From assembly GCA_964360585.1 (NCBI GenBank), contig CAYHXC010000001.1, forward strand, positions 21,907 to 85,906: 64,000 nucleotides of DNA, given 5' to 3'. The notes beneath the pieces are model-generated. The model saw nothing but the letters and a program-made list of their open reading frames with translations. It did not search any database and had not been told where the DNA came from. This stretch comes from an uncultured Candidatus Saccharibacteria bacterium. Lineage in GTDB: Bacteria > Patescibacteriota > Minisyncoccia > UBA6257 > 2-01-FULL-56-20. The number at the start of each line of letters is the position of its first letter. The stretch's first letter is position 1. Made by a program: the position numbers and the translations under genes. This document shows positions 53,276-63,968 of the stretch, piece by piece.

Positions 53276-54709
53276 CTATTTAACCTCATCCCAGGAAAGA
53301 ATCGCATACTGATCGGTCGTCAAAGGAAAATCAGGAGGCGGACCGTAGAGAAGATTGGTGTCATAGATATAGTCACGATTCTGATAGCCATTTGTTCCAC
53401 TATAATAGACACCCGATCTTTGCGCCGAAGCAATCATGCCATAGGTTGTCAGTTGTGTTCTTGATCGAGAGGAACCGCAGCCTGATGAGCTGTAGGAATA
53501 GCGGCCAAACCGTCCATTCTGAGCAATCAACGCTCCGTCAATTCTCAAATCGTCCTCACTTGATAATCCAATATTGATATTATTCTGGGCAATTAAACCG
53601 ATCGCGTCCGAGCCATCATAATTAGTGTAGCGAAGATCATTATTGATAGTCGCATTGGCGCGCGTCGCTTGATTGTCAGGGAAACGACCGGCGCCAATGG
53701 TCACTCGACGATTACTAATCTGCCCTCGAACCCAGATATTATCCTCAAAGAAGATTGAACCGCTGGTTGGAATTGTCCTCGTCGCCACTAATGTTTCTGA
53801 CTGAATACTCCAGGTTCCCCATCCAGCCGTCGAAGCGCTACAGCCAGACCCAGGAGTAGTGGTCGCTGTAACACGATAGACACTCATGATGCCGCTGGTT
53901 GCGAAAACGACATCGTACCCTCGAGCCGTTGAGCTGGGAAAATAGTACCCAGTCGAAGAAGCAATATCTTTAATAGCCGCTAGATCTTGGGTAATTTGAG
54001 CAAAGTCTAATGTAGGCACACCTGTTTCCCGACCGACCATAAAAACATCTGAGCGACTGGGAAGAGCTGTCGGGGGCAAGGGATCGGTTGAACTTCGATG
54101 CGTGTGGACTGCCCATTCATCACTCCCGGTGTGATCAGGATCGTTATACGAAGTAAGGGCTGAAGAAACAAGATTATATGCTATACCATCAAAATGAATA
54201 CCGGCATTCGAGTGTATTGCTCCGAAAACTTCTGCCGCGCTTCCAAAGGTGACATCACTATCCAAAGCCCAGGCATATTTTGCAAAAGAAGGAATCCCTA
54301 ACCGCACCTCGATAATCTTTTCAATACTGGCATCCGCCGCCACCTTCCCCGTACTCCGAACAGTCACAATCGTCGAGCCATTAGGGGGAGGCGTGATCTC
54401 CAGAATAAATGTGCCAATGAGGTCGCCGTTTTTACTATAGTAGTTATGTATATACGGTCCTGGCTGACCGGTACCATCCTCATAGTCTGTTGAGGCGTGA
54501 GCTAGATGCCAACGATAGTACTCGATCCCCGCCTCGGCCATGGAAAAAGCCAGATTTTTATTAAAATCCCGAACCGAGAGATTCAAGAATGACCCTGCCC
54601 AGAGAACGAAACCGCCCATAAGAATAACAGTAACGGCTGAAAAGATCAGGAGCTCCAGAGACAACTGACCATTTACCCGCTTAACTTTTTCTAAAAATAA
54701 TCGAATCAT
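53276..54709 (-). CDS. Putative pilus-associated protein (PilX-like), N-terminally anchored
   Basis: 477 aa, single N-terminal TM helix, Ser/Thr-rich. Located inside the pilin cluster. Confidence 0.4.
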   Translation of the reverse strand: MIRLFLEKVKRVNGQLSLELLIFSAVTVILMGGFVLWAGSFLNLSVRDFNKNLAFSMAEAGIEYYRWHLAHASTDYEDGTGQPGPYIHNYYSKNGDLIGTFILEITPPPNGSTIVTVRSTGKVAADASIEKIIEVRLGIPSFAKYAWALDSDVTFGSAAEVFGAIHSNAGIHFDGIAYNLVSSALTSYNDPDHTGSDEWAVHTHRSSTDPLPPTALPSRSDVFMVGRETGVPTLDFAQITQDLAAIKDIASSTGYYFPSSTARGYDVVFATSGIMSVYRVTATTTPGSGCSASTAGWGTWSIQSETLVATRTIPTSGSIFFEDNIWVRGQISNRRVTIGAGRFPDNQATRANATINNDLRYTNYDGSDAIGLIAQNNINIGLSSEDDLRIDGALIAQNGRFGRYSYSSSGCGSSRSRTQLTTYGMIASAQRSGVYYSGTNGYQNRDYIYDTNLLYGPPPDFPLTTDQYAILSWDEVK

Positions 54710-54726
54710 TATAAAAGTTAGGCGGG

Positions 54727-55350
54727 TTAATTTGAACGTAAGTTACGAATGGTGACTGTATTCGTGAAAGTTATGGGTTTGGGAGCAGAGCTCGTACTAA
54801 CATCGGCCGTCACTGATATTCTCATAAATCGAACTGCTTCAATTTCGATGGGAGAGGCAAGCGGTGTGAATGTGGAAGTGGCGGTGTCTCCAAAATACTC
54901 GAAACTACTACTACTAATTTTTACATTAGGGACTACAATTTTCACTCCTTCGGTGCTGGTCACATAGGTTGGCGGCGTACTCGTGGTCGGCTCAGTTACT
55001 CCTTTTTGGAGTGTGCTCGTGCCAAAGAAATACCGAACTCGTTCCATTGTGCCGTCGCGATCGACATCGCTATAAAAAACAAACGAGCTACTGGCAGCGC
55101 TTTCTATGGCATAGCTCCCATAGGCCGAAGGACCAGCTGAACGAATATCGGTTACCATGATCTGTAACCCTTGCTCTAAATCTCCTTGCACCTGTAAACG
55201 CTGATTAATGACCGTGCCGATGCTCGTCACTGTGCCGGAAAATTTACTAAGCACGAGCACAATAATGGCTGTAACGCCCATTGAAAGAATAATCTCGAGA
55301 AAGCTAATCCCTGCCCGTTTTTCTGATTGAAAAAAATTTCGAATAATCAT
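54727..55350 (-). CDS. Prepilin-type N-terminal domain protein (minor pilin/pseudopilin)
   Basis: 207 aa. N-terminal GISFLEIILSMG motif. Confidence 0.55.
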   Translation of the reverse strand: MIIRNFFQSEKRAGISFLEIILSMGVTAIIVLVLSKFSGTVTSIGTVINQRLQVQGDLEQGLQIMVTDIRSAGPSAYGSYAIESAASSSFVFYSDVDRDGTMERVRYFFGTSTLQKGVTEPTTSTPPTYVTSTEGVKIVVPNVKISSSSFEYFGDTATSTFTPLASPIEIEAVRFMRISVTADVSTSSAPKPITFTNTVTIRNLRSN

Positions 55351-57125
55351 GGCATGAGTAAAACTGTTATGTCATTTGAGCCACTGCCCACAGAAACGGA
55401 GGTAGACGTCGCAGAGTACCCAGGAGCAGAAACATCGAGTGTATAACTTCCGGTGCCAAGATCCTGGAAAAGGGCCTGCGCCGAAGGGACACAGATACCA
55501 TAAAATTCTAGGGAAACATCACTCAAAACTGGCGTTACTGTTTCATCGGTGGTCGACATAAATACTTTATACCTCAGATAGCGATGCCCGCTGTGCAAAG
55601 GAGAAATCGTTTCCCCGGAGTTTGTGTAGAATGTATTCACCGTGCCATCTGGGCCAGTAAAATCCCAAGTCGCGTTGTCATTATTTGAAGCAATCTGAAA
55701 ACCCAAGCTTGCACCAGAAGATTGTGACTCCGGATTCCAGTTCACGGTATAGAAATTTCCCGTACTCGATCCAATGTCCAACGACTGAGAAATAAGCCAA
55801 CTGGTCGTCGTAGTCGAATATCCCGTTCCTCCATTTACCAAACGCACAGTTCCCGGAACACTCGTCGCATCGATACCGCCATCCTGAGAATCAAACGTAC
55901 CGCTCGACCAATCAGTTTCCGTTATAAACGAGCGGGCTGTTTTCTTTGTTTCAGAAAATCCTGATTGCGAAAGAATAATGGTCGAACTCGCTATTCCCTG
56001 ACCGCTCTGGCCATCACGCACCTCCACCAAAAGCGAGTTTGGATCAGTGCTCGTGAGAATGAATGAAATATTTTCTGCCTCATCAGGATCAAGCGTAAAC
56101 TGAGAAGCGGGCATAATTCCGGCAATATCATATCCTGAACCAGTCAACGTGGCCGTATAGATATCCCACTCCAAATTTCCCCAGATTTTTTCTCCATTGA
56201 GGTCGGTACCAGAACTTGAAGAAAATTTAATAGTATCCGTGCCAATCGTCTTACTCCCTGCCAAAGTAAAAGCCTGGCTGGCCACGGGACGACAGACCGT
56301 ATCCATCGTTTTGAACGTGGCGCTACTTAAACGATCAATAGAAAATGTTTTCGAAGACAAGGTTTGAGCCGCCACACTGGCATGGGTGTACTGTGAAAGC
56401 GGAGTAGGATTTTCGGGATCGCCAATCGCGTACGTCTGTTCAGAAGAATATCCTTCTTTACTCACTCTAATTTCGTATCCTTGCGTACTCGTCGGTGCAC
56501 CAATCAACTGCAGTACGCCACTGCCATTCGTAATATCAGTTAAATTGATTGAAGGAACCACGCTCGCATTTATAATCTGAACAGTGGCCGTGGCCACAGG
56601 AAGACCGCTCGCGTCAATGACCGTCACGAAAAGAGAACCATCACTAGCCGCGCTTTCCAAATTTTTCGGAGCGACCGTCGTGGTCATAATAAGCGGCACA
56701 CTGCGCGCGCAACTCGTACAACGGATAGAAAGCTCAACCAACTTATAATCGCTGGGCGAGGTATCATTCGGCGTCCCGCCAAGGGTGCTGTCGAAGGAGT
56801 CGTCGATGTTCCGAACATACGTTTCAAGGGCAAAAGCCAGACCATTGGTAGAGGCGACCGCTTTCGTTGGCAACAAAACACCGCTCGGAATACCTCCTAC
56901 TATTCCTACTTGATCGTATGGTAAGTTGCGAATGATTTCGATTTCATTTGCGGCAATGGTTGCTGCTTCAGTTCGAACACCCGAATTAGTCACCACATCA
57001 ATAATAGAAACATAGGAAGCGTAAATAGCCCCGAACAGTAAGCTGATAAGACCGATCGCAATGATGACTTCGATCAGACTCAATCCTCTTCTCTTTTTTT
57101 GATACGTAAATATAATCTCTGCCAT
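55347..57125 (-). CDS. Large pilin-like protein (prepilin N-terminus + extended Ser/Thr-rich beta domains)
   Basis: Start placed at MAEIIFTYQKKRRGLSLIEVIIAIG (prepilin motif), 39 codons inside the longer ORF. Confidence 0.5.
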   Translation of the reverse strand: MAEIIFTYQKKRRGLSLIEVIIAIGLISLLFGAIYASYVSIIDVVTNSGVRTEAATIAANEIEIIRNLPYDQVGIVGGIPSGVLLPTKAVASTNGLAFALETYVRNIDDSFDSTLGGTPNDTSPSDYKLVELSIRCTSCARSVPLIMTTTVAPKNLESAASDGSLFVTVIDASGLPVATATVQIINASVVPSINLTDITNGSGVLQLIGAPTSTQGYEIRVSKEGYSSEQTYAIGDPENPTPLSQYTHASVAAQTLSSKTFSIDRLSSATFKTMDTVCRPVASQAFTLAGSKTIGTDTIKFSSSSGTDLNGEKIWGNLEWDIYTATLTGSGYDIAGIMPASQFTLDPDEAENISFILTSTDPNSLLVEVRDGQSGQGIASSTIILSQSGFSETKKTARSFITETDWSSGTFDSQDGGIDATSVPGTVRLVNGGTGYSTTTTSWLISQSLDIGSSTGNFYTVNWNPESQSSGASLGFQIASNNDNATWDFTGPDGTVNTFYTNSGETISPLHSGHRYLRYKVFMSTTDETVTPVLSDVSLEFYGICVPSAQALFQDLGTGSYTLDVSAPGYSATSTSVSVGSGSNDITVLLMP

Positions 57126-57126
57126 T

Positions 57127-58224
57127 TTACTGTGAAAGGCCTTGGCTAATGGTGTATATCGGCGTGATGATCGAAAGCGCCACGAAACCAACCACGATAC
57201 CCATGACAAGCAGAATAAGCGGCTCAAGCAACACGGTGACATTTTTTAATGATGTCTCGACTTCTTCCGAATAGTAATTAGCTAAATAGGACAAGTTCTC
57301 TTCGAGATTTCCGGTATTCTCCCCTACCTCAACCATAGCCGAGAGAATGGGTGGAAATATTTTTTTCTTCTTCATGAGATACTCGGAGAAAGCGCTGCCT
57401 TTTTTAATTTCTTCAGCCGCTTCTTTCAAGGCCACCTCATATACTTTATTTTCAAAGGTGTTGCTGACAATAAGAATCGATTCGACAATTTTGATGCCGC
57501 TCCGTAAAAGGATGGCGAGAATGCGACTCATATTCGTAACGTTCACATAAATGGCGAGCGAAGAAATAACCGGAAGCATCAGTATAAAATGATCGAAGAC
57601 CAACTTGACGGGCGGAAGGCGAAGAAGTGCTCGCCAAGCAACTACGATCATAATGACGAGTCCGATGACCAACCACCAGTAGCTACTAATGAATCCGAGA
57701 ACGGCGATCAGTATGCGGGTAGCAAGCGGTAACTCAACATCAAAGTTAGTAAATGTAGGCAGGAGTTTTGGAAAAACAAAGAAGGCCAAGAAACCGCTCA
57801 CGCCCATCGTCATCACGAAAAGAATGGCGGGATAGACCATGGCCGAGCGGACCTTGTTTCGCAGATCCTTGGACTTCTTCAGTTCTTCGGCGAGATAGAG
57901 CAGATTCGGCCCCAATGTTCCGCTCCGCTCACCAACCTCAACGACGCTGATAAAAAAGTCGCCGAAGATTCTGTGAAAACGGCGCAAACTGCCGGCCATC
58001 GTCTGGCCGTTATTCACATCTAAAATCAGCTGATCAATAATGATCTGAAATTTCTTGGTGGTCGTCTGACGACGCAAAATTTTCAAACTTTCAAAGAGCG
58101 GCAAACCGGCTTTAACCATAATCGCCAGATGTCGCGCGAAGTTGATCTTTTCCTGAATTGGAACACGCCCCCGAACGATCGGCGTGTGTCCGAGTTTCAC
58201 CGGATCTTTTTTAAAAAGAATCAT
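57127..58224 (-). CDS. pilC: Type IV pilus assembly platform protein PilC (GspF family)
   Basis: 365 aa, two GspF repeats, 3 TM helices. Confidence 0.8.
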   Translation of the reverse strand: MILFKKDPVKLGHTPIVRGRVPIQEKINFARHLAIMVKAGLPLFESLKILRRQTTTKKFQIIIDQLILDVNNGQTMAGSLRRFHRIFGDFFISVVEVGERSGTLGPNLLYLAEELKKSKDLRNKVRSAMVYPAILFVMTMGVSGFLAFFVFPKLLPTFTNFDVELPLATRILIAVLGFISSYWWLVIGLVIMIVVAWRALLRLPPVKLVFDHFILMLPVISSLAIYVNVTNMSRILAILLRSGIKIVESILIVSNTFENKVYEVALKEAAEEIKKGSAFSEYLMKKKKIFPPILSAMVEVGENTGNLEENLSYLANYYSEEVETSLKNVTVLLEPLILLVMGIVVGFVALSIITPIYTISQGLSQ

Positions 58225-58450
58225 TTATCCTCCAAACTTTTTGTAATTTTTTAATACACGTAGCAAATAATTTTTCCCCCCAACCAGATTTCAAAAATTT
58301 CTCTCTTAAAGCGGCGTCGTGCTTATTTAAATACGACTCAATATAAATCAATTTAAAAGGACGTCTAGACTGGGTGGAAAAAACTTTTCCAGAATTATGC
58401 ATAATAAGTCGTCGCTTTAAATTATTAGAACCCATCTTAAAAATAGGCAC
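58211..58450 (-). pseudogene. GIY-YIG nuclease remnant (N-terminal motif region replaced by MITE-B sequence)
   Basis: Residues ...NNLKRRLIMHNSGK...RRPFKLIYIESYLNKHDAALREKFLKSGW align with the middle and C-terminal parts of YhbQ-like GIY-YIG proteins. The first 8 codons are encoded by the MITE TIR. Confidence 0.4.
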
Positions 58451-58589
58451 AGGGGTATTCCGTGATAGATTCGAGCGAGAACCATCCGACCCGAGACAGG
58501 AATACCCTATGGTATTTCAAGGAGGGTCGGGTGGGTTTATAGCCGAATCTAGCCGGAAGACTGCGTGATTCTATTTTTGAGATGGGTTC
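58429..58589. mobile_element. MITE-like element, family B copy (inverted orientation relative to 36871-37032)
   Basis: Reverse complement of copy 1 with the same 18-bp TIRs. Sits between pilB and pilC and overlaps the GIY-YIG remnant. Confidence 0.55.
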
Positions 58590-58680
58590 TAGTAATACCG
58601 ACATATTTGTCTCTATCAATTGTACTTTCTCATACATAAACGTGCCACCACATATCTTTACAAAAAGTGAGGAGGACAAG

Positions 58681-59916
58681 CTACTCCTGCATGATATGGA
58701 GGAGTTCCTCGATGCTGATCATTCCCTCGTCCACCTTCTGGAGGCCATGATGAAACATCGTGAGCATGCCGTTTTTGATCGCCGCCTCCTTTATTTCGGT
58801 GGCAGTGGCCCGCTTAATGATGAGCGCCCGGATGGTTTCGTCAACTTCTAAAACTTCACGAATGGCGGTTCGACCGACATAGCCGGTTCCCTGGCAGGCC
58901 TCACAACCTTTCCCTTTGAAAAACTGACTCGGCACGATCGCATCTGGCGGCAAAATTTCTTTAACGCTTTTAATTTCGTCTTCGGTCATTTCCCGCGGAA
59001 TACGGCACTTCTGACAAATCATCCGAACTAGACGTTGGCCGATTGCTACATTGATGGTCGAACCAATTAAAAATGGCGGAATCCCCATATCCATCAAACG
59101 CGGAAAGGTTGTCGCTGAATCGTTGGTATGAAGCGTGGAAAAAAGTAAGTGTCCGGTTAACGCGGCATTCACGGCAATGCGCGCTGTTTCTTCATCTCGA
59201 ATTTCGCCGACCATAACAATATTCGGATCCTGACGTAAAACAGCGCGAAGACCATTCGCAAAAGTGAGTCCAACCTGGTTATTCACCTGAATCTGGCTGG
59301 CGCCCTCAAACGAATACTCGATCGGATCCTCAATCGTCACAATCGAAACCTCCGGCCGATTCACTTCGCGAAGCATGGTGTAAAGAGTCGAAGTTTTTCC
59401 CGATCCGGTCGGACCATTGGCCAGGATCATGCCGTAGGGTTTATTGATTGCCTTTTTTACTTTCACCAGATCTTCTTTTGCAAAACCAAGATTATCAAGA
59501 TTAAAAGCATGCGTTGGAACCAAAACGCGCATAACCACATTTTCACCATGATAAGTCGGCACGATTGAAACACGCACATCGACACTTCCCACATCTTCAA
59601 TACTTGATTTAAATCGTCCATCCTGTGCTTGGCTATGCTCATCAGTTCGTAATCCCGATAAGACTCGGACGCGAGTAATCAACTCTGATTGTAATTCTTT
59701 AGAAACCGCAATGTTTTCAAAGATATCCTGGAGCTGACCATCGATTCGAAAACGCACCCGCACCTTCGTTGTCCCTGGTTCGATGTGAATATCCGAGGCA
59801 TGCGAGGTGTACGCGTACTCCACAAAGTAGTCGATCAGCTTGATAATCGAAATTTCCTCGAGCGGTTTCAATAACTGCTCTTCGACTGCTTTTTTAAGAT
59901 CAGGAAGCTTCCTCAT
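58681..59916 (-). CDS. pilB: Type IV pilus assembly ATPase PilB (GspE family, short form)
   Basis: 411 aa, Walker A GPTGSGKT, Asp box, His box, and tetracysteine motif CQKC...CEAC. Confidence 0.85.
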   Translation of the reverse strand: MRKLPDLKKAVEEQLLKPLEEISIIKLIDYFVEYAYTSHASDIHIEPGTTKVRVRFRIDGQLQDIFENIAVSKELQSELITRVRVLSGLRTDEHSQAQDGRFKSSIEDVGSVDVRVSIVPTYHGENVVMRVLVPTHAFNLDNLGFAKEDLVKVKKAINKPYGMILANGPTGSGKTSTLYTMLREVNRPEVSIVTIEDPIEYSFEGASQIQVNNQVGLTFANGLRAVLRQDPNIVMVGEIRDEETARIAVNAALTGHLLFSTLHTNDSATTFPRLMDMGIPPFLIGSTINVAIGQRLVRMICQKCRIPREMTEDEIKSVKEILPPDAIVPSQFFKGKGCEACQGTGYVGRTAIREVLEVDETIRALIIKRATATEIKEAAIKNGMLTMFHHGLQKVDEGMISIEELLHIMQE

Positions 59917-60025
59917 TTGAAAATATTTGAATTTATTATACCACAGGAAGAGTTAACACTTATATAATGGTAATCCACTTTCTCTCAATCTAATGGTAGG
60001 AAAATATTTATTTTTCTGGTAAAAT

Positions 60026-60706
60026 ATGGATATGGAAATATCTTCAGATCGAGCCCTAAAGATTTCTCTTACTATGAAACAAAAAAAGTTGGATAACTTC
60101 TTGGTTTGGAGAGAGAAAATGAAATCTGAAGGAAAAATTAAGAGCAATTACCCCCCGTTCCCTCATACCTCTGATCTAGCAGAGCTCATCGGTGTCGTTT
60201 TGGGAGATGGCCATATCGAAAAATTCCCTCGCACAGAACGCCTTATCATTGCCGCTAACTCAAATAACGAAGGTTTTGTAAAGAGATATGTTGAAATCAT
60301 CGAAAAATTATTCCATAAAAAACCCTTGTGTACGAAAGTAAAAAAAGCTAATTGTATTCGAATAAGCATCTATGAAAAATTCATCAGCAAACGGCTAGGT
60401 ATACCTACCGGCAATAGGAAAAACTTTCAATTTAAATCGCCCATCTGGATTTTGAAAAATAGAATTTTTCTTATCTCATTTCTGCGAGGTCTGTATGAAG
60501 CTGAAGGAAGTTTCTGTATTCACAAACCCACATCTACCTATAAACTTTTATTCAAGAATACAAACTCTTATCTCTTAGATAGCGCTTTTGAAGGACTTGA
60601 AATGCTTGGATTCCATCCACACCGAAGCACAAATCAAATACAACTATCTCGTAAAAAGGAGGTTTACGACTGCAAAGATTTGATTGAGTTCAGAAAATAT
60701 GGTTAA
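60026..60706 (+). CDS. LAGLIDADG-family homing endonuclease (two-motif, monomeric type)
   Basis: 226 aa. Two LAGLIDADG motifs: AELIGVVLGDGH and FLRGLYEAEGSF. Very AT-rich coding sequence. Confidence 0.7.
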   Translation: MDMEISSDRALKISLTMKQKKLDNFLVWREKMKSEGKIKSNYPPFPHTSDLAELIGVVLGDGHIEKFPRTERLIIAANSNNEGFVKRYVEIIEKLFHKKPLCTKVKKANCIRISIYEKFISKRLGIPTGNRKNFQFKSPIWILKNRIFLISFLRGLYEAEGSFCIHKPTSTYKLLFKNTNSYLLDSAFEGLEMLGFHPHRSTNQIQLSRKKEVYDCKDLIEFRKYG

Positions 60707-60717
60707 AATGTAGTAAT

Positions 60718-60788
60718 TGCCGGATCGTCTAATGGTAGGACACAGCTCTCTGAAAGCTGTTATCTTGGTTCGAATCCAAGTCCGGCAG
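60718..60788 (+). tRNA. tRNA-Gln (anticodon CUG)
   Basis: Hand-folded cloverleaf. Acceptor stem TGCCGGA/TCCGGCA has U1-A72, typical of tRNA-Gln. D-arm GTCT-AATGGTA-GGAC. Anticodon stem CAGCT/AGCTG with loop CTCTGAA. T-arm CTTGG-TTCGAAT-CCAAG. Discriminator G. Confidence 0.8.
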
Positions 60789-60811
60789 CATCAGTCAGCG
60801 CAGTATCGTGG

Positions 60812-61201
60812 ATGACCGCGACGCATAAGTTTTATCGAAGTATGGAACCATTTAAGAAAGTAACGACGGAGGTCAGAAAACATAATATAAGTTTATTGTG
60901 GTCTATTTCAGATCGCTGGTTTAGAATTTTGGAATTTTCACTCATTATGGGGATATTGAATTACTTTAAAGATCAAACGAGCAGTATTGTTATAGAGATC
61001 ATCTACTGGATATCTTGGACCTTCATGTTTTGGCTGATTTTAGAAGTAATCGAATTTATTGCACAAACATTTTCTAAAAACAAAACCTTAAAAATACGGT
61101 GGTTGATATGGGCTGTTTCATTTAGTGCATTTTTCATGTTGTTTCTTACAATTACTTCCGCAGCAAATTTCATAACCGAAGGACAGTTTGGTATAAAGTA
61201 A
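60812..61201 (+). CDS. Hypothetical membrane protein (AT-rich)
   Basis: 129 aa, 3-4 TM helices. Confidence 0.3.
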   Translation: MTATHKFYRSMEPFKKVTTEVRKHNISLLWSISDRWFRILEFSLIMGILNYFKDQTSSIVIEIIYWISWTFMFWLILEVIEFIAQTFSKNKTLKIRWLIWAVSFSAFFMLFLTITSAANFITEGQFGIK

Positions 61202-61324
61202 AGCTCCGATCAAGACGGACCAATAATTCCAGCCTCGTCGCACAATTATATGTTGGGCGGCGGACTCGCAAACAAAAAGCACCCTCTCGAATAACGAAAG
61301 GGTGCTGTTATTCCACGGTCAATC

Positions 61325-62941
61325 CTAGAGAACTGTCTGAGGCTGATATTCTCCGAAAACTCTTCGGAACACATCGCTGATCTCGCCTAATGTCACATAC
61401 GCGCGTACCGCATAGATGGTGGGTAGCATGAGGTTATTTCCTTCTCTCGCTGCCCTTTCAACCTCTGCGATCAATCTAATCGCTTCGGCTTGATTTCTTT
61501 CGGAACGCACTCTGGCTAATCCAGCCTTTTGCTTTTCTTCTATTGTGGGATCGATTTTTAGGGTGGTAAGGGGAGTGTCTTCTCTTCCCTTAAATGCGTT
61601 GACACCAACAACAATCGTTTCTCCGGCATCCACTGCTTTTTGGTGGTAATACGATGCCTCGGCAATCTCCCGTTGCTGGTAGCCTAGTTCAATCGCCCTA
61701 ACCGCTCCGCCAAGCTGATCGATACGATCGATATATTCCTGGGCTTGGCTCTCGATAGAGTCGGTGAGCGACTCAACGAAGTACGAACCGCCAAGTGGGT
61801 CGACTGTATCAGCTACTCCGCTTTCATAAGCGATAATTTGCTGGGTGCGCAGAGCCAACTGTACCGACTCTTCGGTCGGCAAGGCTAGCGCTTCGTCCTT
61901 AGAACAGGTGTGGAGTGACTGTACTCCCCCCAGAACACACATCAAGGCTTGCAAAGTAACCCTTGCGACGTTGTTATCAGGTTGTTGAGCGGTTAAAGTA
62001 CTGCCGCCAGTATTTACCTGCATGCGCAACATCATGGATTTCGGATTCTTCGCCCCGAAACGATCTTTCATGATTCTTGCCCACAGTCGTCGAGCAGCAC
62101 GAAGTTTTGCTATCTCTTCGAAAAAGTTGCTGTGCACAGTGAAGAAGAACGATAGCTTCGGCGCAAATTGGTCGACCTCGAGGTCGGCTTTCAAGGCAGC
62201 GTCCACGTAGGCAATTCCGTGGGCTAGCGTAAATCCAAGTTCCTGGGTCGCAGTGGATCCCGCCTCACGCATGTGATAACCGGAAATCGAGATGGTGTTC
62301 CATCTTGGCACTTCCCGAGCACAGAATGAGAAGATATCGGTGATCAACCGCATTGCTCCCTGGGGCGGGTAGATGTAGGTACCACGAGCGACGTACTCTT
62401 TCAGGATGTCATTCTGGATAGTGCCCGCACAATTGGCCCATCTCACGCCTTGGCGTTCGGCAGCGACCAGATGCATGGCCAGGATGATAACGGCTGTAGC
62501 GTTGATGGTATAGGAAACTGTGACTTCGTTCAGTGGAATCCTTCGGTACAAGGTTTCCATATCGGCCACCGAACTCAGCGCTACACCAAGTCGTCCGACC
62601 TCTCCAGCAGCACGTGGGTGATCAGAGTCATAACCCATTTGCGTCGGAAGGTCCTGAGCCGAACTCAGCCCTTTTTGCCCATGATCAAGGAGAAACCTGA
62701 ATCGTTCATTAGCTTCTTCGGCAGTACCAAATCCGGCATACTCTCGAAACGTCCAGATTCTTTCTCGATACATGCTGGGATGTACTCCACGCGTGAAGGG
62801 GTACTCACCAGGCAATCCCAGCTTGCTTGAGTGGTCCCAATAATGAAGATTGTCTGGTGTGTAAACCTCTTGTACCACGCAACCAGATGATGTCCGCCTC
62901 TCTTCATTTCCCATAGCTGTTCCCTCTATTTTTTTGTTCAT
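61325..62941 (-). CDS. Methylmalonyl-CoA mutase family protein, catalytic (TIM-barrel, substrate-binding) domain only
   Basis: 538 aa, recognisable acyl-CoA mutase large-subunit barrel (...[16 protein letters not shown]...[12 protein letters not shown]...). No C-terminal B12-binding domain. GC-rich. Confidence 0.7.
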   Translation of the reverse strand: MNKKIEGTAMGNEERRTSSGCVVQEVYTPDNLHYWDHSSKLGLPGEYPFTRGVHPSMYRERIWTFREYAGFGTAEEANERFRFLLDHGQKGLSSAQDLPTQMGYDSDHPRAAGEVGRLGVALSSVADMETLYRRIPLNEVTVSYTINATAVIILAMHLVAAERQGVRWANCAGTIQNDILKEYVARGTYIYPPQGAMRLITDIFSFCAREVPRWNTISISGYHMREAGSTATQELGFTLAHGIAYVDAALKADLEVDQFAPKLSFFFTVHSNFFEEIAKLRAARRLWARIMKDRFGAKNPKSMMLRMQVNTGGSTLTAQQPDNNVARVTLQALMCVLGGVQSLHTCSKDEALALPTEESVQLALRTQQIIAYESGVADTVDPLGGSYFVESLTDSIESQAQEYIDRIDQLGGAVRAIELGYQQREIAEASYYHQKAVDAGETIVVGVNAFKGREDTPLTTLKIDPTIEEKQKAGLARVRSERNQAEAIRLIAEVERAAREGNNLMLPTIYAVRAYVTLGEISDVFRRVFGEYQPQTVL

Positions 62942-63413
62942 GTGCTACCTCCTTTGTTGTTGAGCTGGTTAGATTCTACCAGGGCAAAGTCAAAATCTGA
63001 AATATATATAATCTTATACCACAAAAAGTGACACTACCCCACCCCATTCTCGTGTCACTTTTGTCACTTTTTGGCGAACAGAGGCGCTCGAGACCCGTCG
63101 AGATGATAAGATAAAACTACTTGAAATTGCCTTACAGAGCTTGACCGCTCACGGTTCTAGCTCGAGACGGCCAGCACGAGTCAGCGCAATATCGAGGCAG
63201 ACTAGAGAGCCTCGTCGAGCTGCGGACCCGATCTCCGTCCCTTAATCGTCATACCGGCTGCTTGCCCGGCCGAAGCTTTCTTGTCCGCCATAGCTTTCTT
63301 TGACCTTCCGAAGCCTTGTGTGTAGGAGGTAGCGTCGGCGGGAGCGAAGGAGGGAGCGCCGTATTCAGAGAAGAAAAACACCAATTCGATTGGTGTTTTT
63401 CTTCGTGCGTCAT

Positions 63414-63968
63414 CTAGGCCTTGCAAATATCTGGTCGCCAACGCGGGAGATTTTTTGCCGACCATTCGGTTGCCCCGCCTTTGATACTGTAGGCAGTAAC
63501 CCCTTTTTTGCGGAACATACTTGCGATCATTCTCGTCCTTACGCCCATAGGACACAACAGAAACACTTTCTGTTTCTTCCACTTACGAACAAGCTGGGGC
63601 ATATTCTCGCTGATTTTATAAGAGTCCATCCGTTCGGATACGGGAAGGTGGAAATGGACAAACTCGCCGTAACTTCTTATATCAATGAGGATGACTTCTG
63701 GATTCTTCGATATCCTCTCCCCTTCTTGAAGTTTCTGCCACATTTCCTTTTGTGAAATCCCATAAATCAATTCATACGCCTTCTCTGGTTCTATATCAAA
63801 ACCTTCAGATTCTTTATCTGGAGTAATTGATTTCTTTACTCGCTTACCATCGGGTTTGTTGATGAGTAAGTTTTCATTCTCGATTTTCGGGAAATGAGAA
63901 GCATCCAAATACTCGAAGTACTCCTCAAGATACGGTAGTGGACTGTCGGGACAGATAAAAACCGCCAT
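63414..63968 (-). CDS. Rhodanese-domain protein
   Basis: 184 aa, ...ILIDIRSYGEFVHFHLP...VFLLCPMGVRTRMIASMF is the rhodanese active-site Cys loop. Confidence 0.6.
   Translation of the reverse strand: MAVFICPDSPLPYLEEYFEYLDASHFPKIENENLLINKPDGKRVKKSITPDKESEGFDIEPEKAYELIYGISQKEMWQKLQEGERISKNPEVILIDIRSYGEFVHFHLPVSERMDSYKISENMPQLVRKWKKQKVFLLCPMGVRTRMIASMFRKKGVTAYSIKGGATEWSAKNLPRWRPDICKA

Noticed and set aside
58437-58679. 80-aa minus-strand ORF upstream of the GIY-YIG remnant as its missing N-terminus
   Set aside because: Its translation (MSSSLFVKICGGTFMYEKVQLIETNM...) does not fit the Y.YI....G.LYIG.T.NL pattern of GIY-YIG N-termini. Most of it is MITE-B sequence.
63202-63582. 126-aa minus-strand ORF overlapping the rhodanese gene in another frame
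   Set aside because: It overlaps 63414-63582 of the rhodanese ORF, which has a clear active-site loop. This ORF has Arg/Gly-rich low-complexity translation typical of GC-rich off-frame ORFs. A frameshifted upstream gene cannot be fully excluded.
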